From the NCBI GenBank assembly GCA_965644295.1, contig CBFFRP010000362.1:186001-250000 (forward strand): a stretch of DNA of 64,000 bases, in the 5' to 3' direction. A model generated the notes under the pieces. That model was not told the DNA's origin. It ran no database searches and saw only the letters and a program-made list of their open reading frames with translations. The position numbers and the translations under genes were made by a program. Origin of the DNA: Paraphysomonas bandaiensis. Its lineage: Eukaryota > Protista > Chrysophyceae. Below, piece by piece: positions 28,301 through 41,777 of the stretch; position 1 is the first letter of the stretch; every line of letters begins with the position of its first letter.

Positions 28301-29182
28301 CTACTGGAATCTCGGGTACCAAGGTATCTATTTATAACAATAGTGGTCAGTATCTAATAGCGGTAAGAAGAGACATATCTTTCTATGCAGACCACTGCAT
28401 TACAGTCAATAACAGTAGCCATACAAAATAAGGGTAGGCGGAATCTAATACCTTTCCTTTCCAGCTGGTGATTTGATCGCCACCACATCTCCGAACCTGA
28501 TACCCTCTCTATTCTCCTTTTGATCGGCACTTATAAGTACTAAAGTATCTAAATCCTCCCCTACGCCTTGTCCATCAACTCCAAGCAGGTATACGGGGGT
28601 GGTGGACTGTGGATTTGTGGGGACCGAGCCACTCGAAGAACGAGGGAGCGTGGGGTTGGCAGTGGTGGGCACAGCTGTCAATACACGGCCCTGTAGCAAG
28701 AGTAAGTAAAATTGATCTGAAGCATTGGACATACCTGACGGCCACGAAGTGTGCAATTAGTACCGAAATGAACAACAGTGTAGTCTACAGTGTCTTCAAC
28801 TCTCCCATGTGACTCCTCAGTTGAGAACTGTTGCACATTCTGAAGTAAATCCCGTACATCCATCATAGATGAGTCCACACTCTGCCCAGTCATATCTACA
28901 GAGGAGATGTCTACTCTACTTGTGGACGCCTGCTGCCTCTGTTCCATATACCAGATATTACGACACTAATGACACATATAAATACCAGACCGGCTGAAAA
29001 TGAGTGGAATGTGAGACACGAGAAGCATTTCCACGCGATGTAGAGTCAAAGTCAATAGATCCAATAAGGGATGCGATCTCATCGAGCACAGGAATGTCTG
29101 TGCTGGTGGATGGATTGGGGGGCAGTGGAGCGTCAAATGCTGACTGTTTTAACAGCTCTCGAAGCTCCTCTGCACTCGTCAT
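25367..29182 (-). CDS. TUBGCP2: Gamma-tubulin complex component 2 (Spc97/GCP2), multi-exon, with a long N-terminal extension
   Basis: 'YEYGSVAHAIAA', 'LRRFFLLEHGDFYVQFMDTAEEEL', 'LEYKVGWPLSIILSRRAVTKYQLLSR', 'LRHRMLHFLQNFVYYMTIEV'. The spliced last exon gives the GCP C-terminal 'RLDYNGFY'. Confidence 0.9.
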
Positions 29183-29977
29183 ATGGCCGGGTAGAGGGGT
29201 GATCGATATAGCTGTTGGTTAGCTAGGCAGTGTGTATGATTGATATCTATGTTTATATGATGTGAATATAAGAGCGAGACCAGTGCAGTGTATACATACA
29301 CATACACGCATAGGCTCATAGGCTCATATACGAATCATATCATACAGTAGCTAGCTACACATTCAAATATATGCTCTGCTGTACAAAGCATCTATACCGC
29401 TGTATAGTGCTGTATTTGAAAATAACTCTTATCGAAAGTGAAATTCCGCTTTTGCGGTGTTTTGCATCTGCTAAAACTGGTATTTTTTCAAAATTTGAAT
29501 TTTGTGTGCATAAACTAGGGATTTTTTTTATTGAATATTGTTTACCTCGTGTCTTCAGTTATCAATTTTCTGGAGGGCTACAACCTACAACTGTGTCAAA
29601 GAGTTATCATCCGAATAGATTACAAGATTCGTAATTACTCCATAGTCAACACTATGAAGTCAATACTCTGTAAGTAATTACGTCGTACAATGTTAGCAAG
29701 AGCATACATTAAAATTTATCAACTCACTCCAACCTCTCAATATACATGTATTCTGTACCGTATACCATACACGTATATTACATAAAGGATCTGGAAGTAT
29801 AGAAGAGTGTCGGCCGTACAGCAGTGTGGTGGGGTGTTGTGTGGTTTACAGTGAGTGTTATGCAGCACTGTATATCCCTCACACACACATACATACACAC
29901 ACACATCATCCTCTCCACTCCCCATACGATCAAGGTGATAATCAGATATCCACATCACCCTATTAGACTAGATAGAT

Positions 29978-31674
29978 ATGAGCGCTGAAGACGAGAAGCA
30001 GAAAGGTGCTGCTGCATGGCAGGCTGGTAACTATGAGGAGGCTATTCGATGTTTCACATGCGCTATCGACGCATCTGATACCTCTGAGAAGGACTTCCTA
30101 AAGGCCCTCTACAGCAATAGGAGCGCTGCCTATATGAAGTATGATGTCATTATTATTAGGGAATAAAAGATAATGTTTTCTGTTAGGGTTCAGCAGTACT
30201 CAGCTGCGTTAATAGATTCCAATAAGTGCGTTGAGATCGACTGCAATTGGGCTAAAGGTTATATCCGCAGAGGTGATGCATTATACGCCCTGAAAAAATA
30301 CACCGAGTGCTACAATGCATACAACTCAGCCCTGCGAATCACACCGTCGGATACTGGTATTCAGCAGAAGTGTGAGCTTGCCCAGAAGGCTATTCGTGAC
30401 TCCACTGATAGCAGTGGAGGAAGCAGTTTTTCGAATTCCACTGGTTCCACATCAAGTTATCAGAATGCTCTTGTCTCATACCAACCCTACCTCCGCATAT
30501 TTCTTCTTGTTAGTGCATTCCTATATTTTATTCCCCTAGGACGAAGTTTCAACTCGACTTGCTATCGTTTATTTGCTTTCACAGCTATAGCCAACTATGC
30601 AATGGCTCTATGGGTCGCACATGGTAGTCCCCAGTTTAATATGAGTTATGCCCAGAGAGTTTTACTAGACCCCACTGCAATGTAAGTAGTGCGCTGTTAT
30701 CTTTATATAAAGCTTTTTTGACACTGCTATTGAACAGGTATTTATTTTTGTGCATTCTTCTAGTTTCTGCACGACCATATCTGTTAGCCATGATGCCTAT
30801 TCTTCTGATAGAGAGTGCACATACGGCTTCGTATGGTTACGATGTAAGAGAATCACAATGTTTCTATATTTTGTGATAATGATGCAACACAGCTTCTCTC
30901 GAAGAAAATGCCAAGCATTCTGGAAAGGGTGTCCTCAGTTGTGGGTACGTATACACATCCTATGTCTACTTACATCATTGCAGTATCACTGAGTGTGTAT
31001 CTATGGTAACGCATGCTTCGAAGCCGATGTGTGTAATCATACTCATCACCGGTCAAAAGTAATGCAACAGTGAATTTTGTGCTTGTGGGTGTGGCTCGTC
31101 ATTCACTTTTGTTTTTAAAATAAAAACACTGGTGTATCTTTCATTGACTTTGCCCTCAATCAACTTGCCAACATGAAAACACTACTCAATAACTTATTGT
31201 TGTTGCGATGCATATTTTTTGATTCGTAGTAATTGAATGCTTGCAGAGAAATATCTTCCCCAAGCTATGCAAAGAACCCCAGAAGAATGGAACCGCTTGA
31301 ACTCACAGACGAAGTGGAAACACTTCAACAGTAAAGTGTTGGATATGTCAGCATATTGCGAAGTGATGCAAGGCTTGTTTTTGATCTTTGAGTTACTCTT
31401 GCCCACTAGAAGCATTTTCTTAACCATTTTGTGGTGGCAGTACCTTCAGATGAGGTATATGCTTGACCAAAGTGGTACTATTAAGCAGACATTCCGTAAC
31501 CTGGATGCCCGCATCATGACTCTGCTATCGCATAGATTGTGCCCAAGTATAATTCTCACTGGATATGGTTATATCAAACAACTGCTAGCGAAGCAAGTAC
31601 AACCTCCTACTGCAGATCAGCAACAGACTTCCTCTGGATTATCAGGCATGTTGCGTCGATGTAGCATCATGTAG
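29978..31674 (+). CDS. TPR domain fused to a TMEM33/Pom33-like membrane domain (multi-exon)
   Basis: STI1-like TPRs 'KQKGAAAWQAGNYEEAIRCFTCAI...LYSNRSAAYMK...WAKGYIRRGDAL'. Hydrophobic C-terminal half with 'WWQYLQMRY...FRNLDARIMTLLSHRLCP', resembling TMEM33/Pom33. Confidence 0.75.
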
Positions 31675-32235
31675 AGTTCGAACATTATGTTTGGCATCAT
31701 TTTCTTACCAATGATAAAGTGCTCGTTCGCAGTGTTGTGTATTGTCTTCATTAATTTAATTGTTGACATTTGTCATCACTTAATTTTCGGGAAGTAGAGC
31801 GTTTATGATGCAGTTGTCAAGTTTGAGTTTTTAGTCGCCCACTGTGCTGCTTAATTAGTGTACGGTTATATACATCACTGGATGGGTGTCAGAACAATTA
31901 TACGCACCACCGTTTGCTACTGCCATGATTATAGATTATATTCCTATGAAGGGTGCAGACAACAGGTTCTCTTCTACCAAAACTGAAATACCATGTGCAT
32001 ACAGCAACTCCACCTATGCCCAACGCCCAGACGGTGCATGGCGACACCGCCACATTCCACCACACCATCAACCTCTCAGTACACACATCTAGTGCTCGGT
32101 ACACTCAGGACCTTAATACAGAACCCTGTACCTCAGAGCCAGGCGGAACCTTATCCCAAGGGGAGACCCCCGGACAACACGCGCCAGTGAGTCCTCAGAC
32201 ACACGAGCAGGGCGAACTCACACACAACATCAAGA

Positions 32236-32415
32236 ACGGAAGTGGTTGCACCTTGGTGCTTGCGGCGACGCACAAGCAGCTTCTGTAGCGCTAAATAGTA
32301 GGATAATAGAATTTGTGCTGATTAGTTATGGGTAGAGGTCTAACTAGTAGATCTAACATTCAACTAGCCACTGTATCGGAACGAGTTTTTAACGCCTATT
32401 GCTAAATAAAAAGAC
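32236..32415 (+). repeat. Dispersed repeat family R1, copy 2
   Basis: acggaagtggttgcaccttggtgcttgcggcgacgcacaagcagcttctgtagcgctaaatagtaggataataga...attgctaaataaaaagac. Confidence 0.8.
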
Positions 32416-32725
32416 CTTCAACATGCATACAGCATCCAGGGTATTTAAGGTCAACGTTTTTAAGTTTTTCTAGTAAGAATAGCCCAAATCAACAAATATG
32501 ACTGAATCACTTAACGTCGCATTTAAATTTTACAATATTAAGCAGAGTTTACTTCGAAATGACGATAATCTACTAGCAGCGAACTCACATGATGCATGAT
32601 GGCATATATAAATACATCGTATTGCAGATACAAAATAAAATACACATACGCTTGAGTGAGTATGTATTGTATGATTTCATATATTCTAACGCTACTATGC
32701 TAGATTTATATGTGTATCTCAACTT

Positions 32726-34637
32726 TTACACGACAGTTTCAGCGCTCAATCGAGAATGCGCATAAGCTTCAGAAAATCGGAACTCTATAGTACCCGGCGT
32801 CGCCATCTCACTACTACCGCTCAAATCTTTTGTGGACACGAAACTAATCACTTTATCTACCTCCAAAACAGTCGGTAGCTTCTTCCTGAAGAATGTAGTG
32901 ATAGTTTCAACGTCCCTTCTAAGGTACTCTAGGTGTTTCGGATGCGAAATATCCACTGCCTGTCCAAAGTCTATCGCGTACACGTCCTTGCCAGCGTGAA
33001 GCAACAAGTTGTACTCACTGAGGTCAGCATGGACTAAATTACACGACTGCAATAGGCCTCTAACAATTAATAGGGTCTGAAAGTATATATCTTCCCACAT
33101 GGCAGAGTCCGTGATACCCACCTCTTTCAACTGAGGAGATGGTGTAGTACAGCTATCAGAAGCCGTTGTAGATGCATTTATTCCATTCGATGAATTATCG
33201 TCTCCAATTAGGGACATTATCTGTGACAATGACATTAGTAAAGTACGCAGACAAGAAATAAGCATATAACGGAGCTATGTCATATAAAATGCAATTATAT
33301 GAATAGTGTAGCACCAGAATGTTATCTCTGAAAAACACAGGGCGTGGGACTGGAAGATGGGCATGCTGGGCTCGACATAGATTCCTGAACTCCTTCTCTG
33401 TCCACTACACAACAAAGTGCACCACATCAAAACCTGAGAGCTAAAGTAGGACTCCATATATATTACTCTAGCATGCTGTATACAAGGCATCCAAGTAGAA
33501 ATCATACCTTGGCTATAGCGTGTCGTTTGTTGCCCTTCGAAAACTTCTTCCCATGATAACGGTGGTCGCCATCGAAATACTCCTGACGATTAGAAAATTC
33601 GTTCATGGATGGCTTGAACACCTTAATAGCAAATTGAGTAGTGGCCCCCCAATCCCCAGCGCATGAATCTTGGCCAGTTTCTAGATGCGACCTTGTACTT
33701 GCCATGACCCCATTGTCCTCTCTCTCAGCATGATATACATTAGCCTCTTTGCCGGTCTTCACCACTCCATGGATGCGATCTAAACGTCCTGCTTGAATAC
33801 ATTTGAATAAAATTAAGCGGCTTGAAGGGTCTAGTACGCCCTCTGCACTGGAACGAGTCTCTTTGGCAGCAACACGCCCAGATGTACCAATCCCTTTCTG
33901 TTTCTGCCGCTGCTTAAACGAGCGCAGGCTATTGGCAACCGTATTGCCTACCTACAATACTAGATAAGTCTATTGTATATTATGGCAAACACCAAAGTGC
34001 ATGTTCTATTCAAAGTAAGTCTTACCATCAATCCAGCGGAATCTAAATCTCCGACACCATCAATTTCGCTTAGCGAAATTCCATTCAATAAACCATCCAG
34101 CAGGCAGTCATGCTTGGAAACCCTTGACCCATCTGGTAACACAGCAACGCCATTCTTAAACATTATCCCATTTCCATCACTTCCTTGAAGGGCTGAACTC
34201 AGTTCCTCTGCAGCGAATCTATCGCTACTTTGAATATGCCGTGCTGCATCAGCTCTGGTTGGAAACAATGGCGTGCCAGACTTTGAAACACTAATTTTAT
34301 TGAATTCCGTCGATTGACGACTTAGATCCGATTCATGATCATCGATTTCCTGCAATGCTAAAGCCAGTGCGTAGTCACTATCGATCTCATTAACTGGCTT
34401 TACGTCTATTGTCTGCACCTGTACGCTGTTCTCTACAGCACACACAGTCTCTTGGCCCGATTCATCAGACTCCTGCAGAGACAAAGCAAGCGCGTAATCG
34501 CTATCTATATTATGGTTGTGTTCGCTAGTCAACTGAGAGCCCGTGTCTGGTTGATTCAGCTTACACACTAACTCCTCACTCATTATATCAGTCAAGGACA
34601 TCGCTTGCGCTCTTACAGGTGTTCCCCACGCCGACAT
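32726..34637 (-). CDS. RIOK3: RIO-family atypical kinase with a RIOK3-type N-terminus (~4 exons)
   Basis: 'SLTDIMSEEL', two copies of 'SDYALAL.LQ', 'SKHD', 'VLDPSSRLILFK', 'VKTGKEANVYHA', 'WTEKEFRNL', 'LVHADLSEYNLL', 'IDFGQAVDISHP'. Confidence 0.85.
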
Positions 34638-35875
34638 GACTTAATCTCGTGTTCTACTGTAGCTGAATAAGGTATCAGTGAGGTGCAACCCTCCGCTCTG
34701 GTATAGTATGAAATTATGACGACGTATACGCTGTGTATGTATGCATACAGGGATGTAGGTGTGGGTGTGTCCATGTGAAGTATGAAGAAGACCGTCACGA
34801 CTTTTCTTCAAGAATTTTTTTGATGGAATAACATCCTCACTTCTGTTCTGCTGCTCGTGATACCGGTAGGGCACTGTATTTCTTCAAATACAGGTGAATG
34901 CTGCAGAGGAGAGGAACGGATGCAACAGCCAATATGCATATCTTCTAGTATCTTGATATTGCTAATAGACAGAGTAATTCATAGAACACGTGCAGTGCTT
35001 GTTGTATCATCATGGGTGGTGTATGAAGTCGTTAAAGCGTAAGGATAAGGAGAGCATTACTTGTGCACATGGAGTGGAAGATAAAGTTAAACTCTATCAT
35101 CCACTCAACGGTGATGCTCAGGCACCCAGGTCATAATACTATTCCAGTATATATGTGGATATTTACTTTTTCAGATAGTGTACTATACGCTGAAATTCAC
35201 TTAATCTTTAAAAGCTCACTTAATAATTTATTAGCTAGCGTATCTGTCAGTTTAGATATTCTGACAGCAGAATCGAATAAACATTTATTCTTGTATATCT
35301 TCAGCAAGGTGTCCATATCATATTTTGCTTTTAGGCATGCTTGTAACAATATCACGTGTTTCTGATATTGCATAGTTTTTGTCATTCCTGCCTTTCTACG
35401 AATCAATTTTATATGTTAACTTACTCTCAACACCCCCGACAGGCATCTGGTTTGGAATTGAGCTATCAGTTCGCTTTGTCTATATTTTTCGATTAATTCC
35501 TATTGATATAGAATCCTCGACTAATAAAAGTTATGACATTACGAAATACTAACGTACCAAGTTGCGCAACGAATAAGCTATAATAAAATATTGACCATAT
35601 TCACAATATAGAATATAGCATACCAAAGGCACTGAGTACTTAAAATAATAGCTATCTATCTGTCTGTCAGAGCTGATATGACGGACTACTCTGAACGGTG
35701 TTCAAAAAATGATTGTTTCGTACCCTGTGTGCGTAAGCAGAGAAGTCTAGTTGGTCACTGGTACAGTGTAACTCGCAACTCCCACATACAGTGTATAGCC
35801 AACCCTGTACCTTTGGGTACTTCCAAAGTACGGCTAAGGTCAGAGTTGAGATAACTTCACCACAATTTCACAATA

Positions 35876-38800
35876 TCATAGGACCATACTGCTATTCTTC
35901 AATCGCCATGCTGCTTTCATCGAAGAAAGCCAACTACTTCTTACGAGAGCCTTTATAACTTGAACGTCCACTTGCAATCCACGGTCTCCAGATAGAGCAT
36001 GAAGCGACCAGCGTTCAACTTTCCACCTCCTATAGTTCAGGATATACGAGCCTAAATTAGAGTGCAACTGATGTTTATCTGTGGGACGAACAGCAGTGCG
36101 GCATATAGGCGACCCAGAACCTAGAAATCGGTTACATGTTTCCACAATCCAGTCTCTTGGCTGACTATAATAATCGTAGGCTACCAAGTCGGCATTCAAG
36201 TCAATCTGTTCCAAAGCGTGTGAGTCGTACCATTCATGCAGATCCGTCACCATCATCCAGTCTGAGTCCCGAGGGCACTGAGCGACCACTTTATCTACCA
36301 GGGAAGCGGAACTCAGAGTTGCTTTCACATCTTCTGGAATATCTATAATTCGCACACGGGTGTCATCAAGTTGTGCTAAAACCCCGTACAATCCGCTAAA
36401 CGGATCCCTATCAGTCAACGTAACTAATGCAGTCCAATGAGAGTATGTCTGATTCACAAGTGACATCAATAGTCTTCTCAATGCGGATGCAGGATTGAAA
36501 AGGCTTCCATGGTAGGTGCGAACAACGATACATACTCTGCCTTGTGGAGCCGTTTCTTTCACCATAATGCCTCTCAAAAGCTTTTCAATACGAGCAGGAG
36601 CCACGCTATCAGAGTACTTACGAATTACGGTGTAGTATCCATTTTCGCCTATCTGTTTCAAGTGTGTAAGACGCCCATAGAGATGACGCATCATGGCTTC
36701 CCCAAGCTCTTGCTTAGTACTAACAGGAGGTAAGACAAAGCCATCCACGCCGGATTGCATAATCGCCTCTTCTGACCCACCAGCAGGAGTGACCATTACC
36801 GGTACGCCCAACATCATCGCCTCCAAGACATTCAATGGAAACCCCTCGCCCACTGATACACTCATGTGCAAGTCAGCCAGTGCCACGTATTTCAGTGCGT
36901 CGTTCGAAAATGGAAAAAACTTGACTCGAGACTTTAACACAGACGAGGACTGGACATAACTTTGCAATCCTTGAGCGTAGCTGCTGTCTCCCATCCCTCC
37001 ACTTGTCGACGCAGCACCGATAACTAGCAACACAAAGCTTCTATTCCCGAATATGCTACCTCCAGCAAAATCTAACGCTTCGACTAGTAATTGCTGTCGC
37101 TTTCTCTTACAAATGGTGCCAACTATGGAAATTACGAATGCATCGGAATCTATATTAAGGGAAGCTCGTAATTCACCCCTTGAGCCATTTGTGTAAGTGG
37201 ATCTGCTTAACACATCACCTTCCACAACAAATCCGCGAAAGGTTTGAAAATGTCCGGTGTCATATTGAGACCACACCGCACGCAATTTGTCAGCAACGAA
37301 AACAACATTATCAGCATTATGAAGCAGATTTCGAAGGCGATAATCGCAATTCAGCTCCGGAAACGGCACAATATACGAGAAGTTATGAGGGGGAATTAGA
37401 TGTTGAGCTGTGAGTTCGGACTCATGTATTACCCACACTATCTTAGGATGGGATCCCCGCAAATCCGGGCGAGTACTTATATATCTCGTCCAAACGATGG
37501 TGTTCACAAACACAAGGTCTAACGAAATAAACAACTCTCCCAACACAGCATCCAGCGTATTTGGCATCTTTCCAGATATGATATACAGTTGAGCTTTGGT
37601 TTTATTTATCTCTTCCTCCAGGCGACCACGATGTTTTGAAATAAAAGTTACATCATGGCCCATTGCGGCCATGTATCTGCCAATATCATACAGTAGCCGA
37701 GGTGCCCCATCCATATTCATAGAGTGCATGAGTATGCCAATATGGTAGCCTGCTCGGCGTCCAATAATATTGTCAGCTAAAGACGACGCCTCCTTCTCAG
37801 ATTGATCAATTAACTTTACTCGACTAGACGCAATAGCATTGCGTGCTGACGCCAAAGAGTTTGCTGTAAAATAAGAAACAACGTTTGAAGTCTCTTTATT
37901 GGGCATGTAAAATAAGAACTCCATAGGGTTAGGTGTCATGCCTCGATACCAGTCCCGCTTATGAAATATATTCAGGTCTATATTTGCACACCTGCCCATA
38001 ACAACTCAATAAGTAATATATATTACAGAAATATACACTCATAAAGTACGTAAATATCACTTGCATACGTGTAGAAGGCAATTTCAGTTATCGGAACAGT
38101 ATTTCGTTAACTCAGCACATTTAAACAATTAAATATATTTAAACAGCGGAATGAATTCACCACCTAGTATATCCATCTGCTCCTGTTTGAAGCCCATATC
38201 CGACGAGAGTCTCACTTCTATTATACCACACACGGAAGTCGGTTTTCCAATAGGAAGTTTGCATAGAGCCTATATTATATCCATCCTTCAATACAACACG
38301 AGAAAATTCAGATTCTCTATAGAAATTCGCATGATCACTCTCTACAGGTGAAAATATGCCAACCCGGAGACCGATATTGAGCGCTGTGGAGTCGAATGCC
38401 ATCAGCCCAGATGTAACATGCGGAACTGCTCTGCCCACACCATCAGGACAATTGACCGACAAACCCACCAATTTTGTGCTCTTAGAAATTCGAGAAATGA
38501 AAGCAGATGTCCAATGACTATGATACCAGAGTGGGGTAAATGGACCAACAACTGCATCCGTTAGACAAACGAACGTATCGTGATTCTCAGACCTTGTAGC
38601 CAACCCAACACCGAGCGCTTCAAAGGAAAAACAAGATTTATTCCAGGAAACGACGCGCAAGTTCGGTAGCGGTGGAAACTTCACTGTATGAGAGCCGCAT
38701 GTGACAACGACATAATCCACAGCTGGATGCGGAAATTTATAAGCATCTGCCAATACGGTAGATTCAAGAAAAAACATTATCCTGCTGCGGTGGAAGGATC

Positions 38801-40199
38801 TTTTTTCAGAGTATGCGTACACCACAAGAGTCCTGCCCTTCGGAACATCATTAGGTACGGCCACAGAATTCGCCTTATCTTCGTCATGACCAAATTTCTC
38901 GACAGCCCAGGCGACGTAATTCTTCGTAATTATAGAATAATTTCCGCTTTCTCTAGACACAAAAAGTGTTTCATACGGATGTGGTGTATATTCGGTAGAC
39001 GGTACTAACTCACACACACGACCTTCTATAGAGCCGAACATGATGAAATGCTCTCGGGCTTTACGCAGTGTCATATCGTTCAGATCTCCATAGTAGTCAC
39101 GGTACCCTTTGTAATCGCAGGGAATATGACACCTGCGTCCCTCTTGTGGATGATATGAAAGGAACTGATATCGCGCACTGGAGAGTTCTACCCTGGACAA
39201 CTCAGGATACCTTCCTTTCCAGTCCGTCCATACACACTGGAGCTGTCGAGAGGATAATGGAGAGCAGTGACCATCAGATCGGTGCAACCACCTTCTCCAG
39301 TCGTGACCAACAGGTTGACCATGTAGTGCGGCCATGTTGTATCCCACAACCAGTATCGTGTACGTGAGCTCCAAGGGTTCAAAAGTATACATCTTTCGAT
39401 CCATGATCTCCATTACACTTCTATCGAACGCCAACGGTCCAGGTGAGAAATAAGGAACTAAAGGGTACACACTAGCATACGGTATTTGTGTCATATCTGG
39501 GCATTTTAGATGACTACCCACCAGTCTAACATTTTCGTCTAGTAGTGACAGATACGCTTCTGCCCAGAAGCTGTATGGGGTGCTACTCCAGTATGCAGGC
39601 AGTAGTGGTCCAAGCAGGGACGAATCAAGCACAACAAACTTCTCATGTGATTTCCAATCGAAGCCTTTTAATGCACATCCTAGTGGTCGCAGAAAATGAG
39701 AACGACAAGAATCAAATTTTGATTCTGACAACTCAATAACTCCTGCTGTGGCATACTCCAGCATCAGGTTCTTGTCGATCCGCTCATGCAGCACACCAAA
39801 TGTCACAAACATATGCGGAAACCTACTCAACGCCTTTTTGCTGACCCGCGACAAATATCGCATGTACAGACTCACGCTACTAACTACCGCATCGTCCTTA
39901 CTGGGCTCGACTATGTACACGACCAGGGCCGTCTGATGACCATCAGAAGACGTATGGTATGCCTCAAATGGTGCAAGAGGACGAAGAGTTTTACCTGTTG
40001 ACCATGAGACTGGAAGAGACATTTGCAAGCGATCAAACTCAGGCAAATCGTGCGATTCATTGGCTTCTTGCAACCTAGTATTGACATCGTTCCCCTCCAG
40101 CGAGTTCCGGTGTAACATGAGGAGGTTGACGGTCATAGATAGTATGAGCATACACACTATGAGAGAAATGAAATGTTTACGAATAACTAACACTGTCAT
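35876..40199 (-). CDS. Type II membrane multi-domain glycosyltransferase: two tandem uncharacterised GT-like domains, a GT4-like domain and a GT-A-like domain
   Basis: N-terminal TM segment. ORFs 38157-40283 and 35876-37999 join in frame across an AG|gt...cag|G intron. Repeated 'GP..P..' / 'V.LVG' / 'GYN...' / 'TP.P.E.LF' domain; GT4-like 'EGFPLNVLEAMMLGVPVM'. The 3' end may include a further exon. Confidence 0.7.
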
Positions 40200-41777
40200 C
40201 TTTATATCAGCACATGTTTTCAACACCTTCAATATATCGAAGTCACTGGAATTAGCCAATGAAAAAGCGTGAATGTAAAACACTTCGTTTTCACTTCTCT
40301 ATCCAGCACGACTAACACGAATATGCGGATAAAAGAGGAAGCGGTGCTAGTCTTTGGATGCTGCACACTTCATAGACACGGTGTCTTCAGTCAGACTGTG
40401 AGGAAGCCAACCAACTCAATGGATTTGATGTACCACAGCAGTGCAACATGTATACAGCAGCAGCGGTATGTAGAGTGCAGTACTGTATATGTACCATATA
40501 CAACTGGTATAGGACGATTACCGCCGCTTTTTTGGCCATTTGCAGATGTCCATTATTCGACACACAGAGCATCAATTGAAATACAAATTATATCAGAATA
40601 TCAAGCATACTCTCGACTTTGTGTCATTATAATCGACTTTGTGCTCTCATGAACTCATTGTTGTGTTATTTAAGTTTCAAATGAGTGCCTTAAGCGTTTT
40701 TTTGACTTTTTTTGGAGCTCACGATTACCGCCGCTTTTCAACCGCCTGACTTCCAACATTTCGACATCAAACTCATTGTTTGGCTGAATATGTCTGCGCA
40801 CAGAGAAATGTTAATGGAGGAAATAATACCGTTAGACTAATTCAGAGGTACTGGACTCGAATCTGTCGTCAGATTCTTATATTTCGTTGAGTATCAATAG
40901 TTACAGCATGATGCACCACTCAACTCACATTTGTACATTTCCTGCAATATTGACACAACCTGACCAAATTGGGCTGTATTGACAACAGTCTAGGTCGTTT
41001 ATACAGTATGCATTGTCAAACGGTAATCTACGATATCAGTGTTTATGAATAGTGTCCACTTCTCGTGTCTTAATTCACTTTTCACAATTTGGGGACCTGG
41101 ACCAATCAGTGTGATGTCAATGAGAAAAGTGTAAACACAAGTGATAAACTTCACGTTTAGAGTGGGATGAGGAATTTGATGCCACCTAGGCGTTAACTAA
41201 GCGATATCATTCCTCTATTTTCAATATTGCCAGAGCGTTGTGGAGGCTCATATAGAAGAACTTATCAGTGTCGAAGAATTTAGCTATCGTTCTTCAATAA
41301 TGAATCAGCAGTGAACCTTATGTGCTACGCATCCTACCAGCAATCTAACAGGCTTAAGAAGTTTGGGTTACTAAGTGTTGCGAGTGCATGATATGGTGCA
41401 ACCAAGATGAGTGTTAAAAGTTAAAAGGTGTCACTGGGTGGATATTTACGAGGGTCGAGATATGCATCATGATTACTTTTTGCTACTTTTCTCTATCAAT
41501 AGTGGAACATATTTGTGCTTAGCTATTTAAGTGTGATGGAATATGCAATTGGCAGGGTCAATTATCAATTACCCACGACCATAATTCTAATATATAGGAC
41601 TTTAGTCATGTGCCTAAGTAGCTGATTTGGTGATACCTAGCTAGTTATATATTGATTGCTAATTGCTAGTTAGAGTAATTATTTAATATAATCAAAAATT
41701 CGAATGACAGGCTTTGATAATAAAGCAATAACAGCTCAACGTGAAAGCAATAACAAATGCGAAAATGTGTGATAGAA

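Noticed and set aside
30945-31246. Tc1-like MITE in the unusually long (302-bp) intron of the TPR gene
   Set aside because: The left side resembles a Tc1 end (accggtcaaaagt), but the right-hand match is too degenerate to call.
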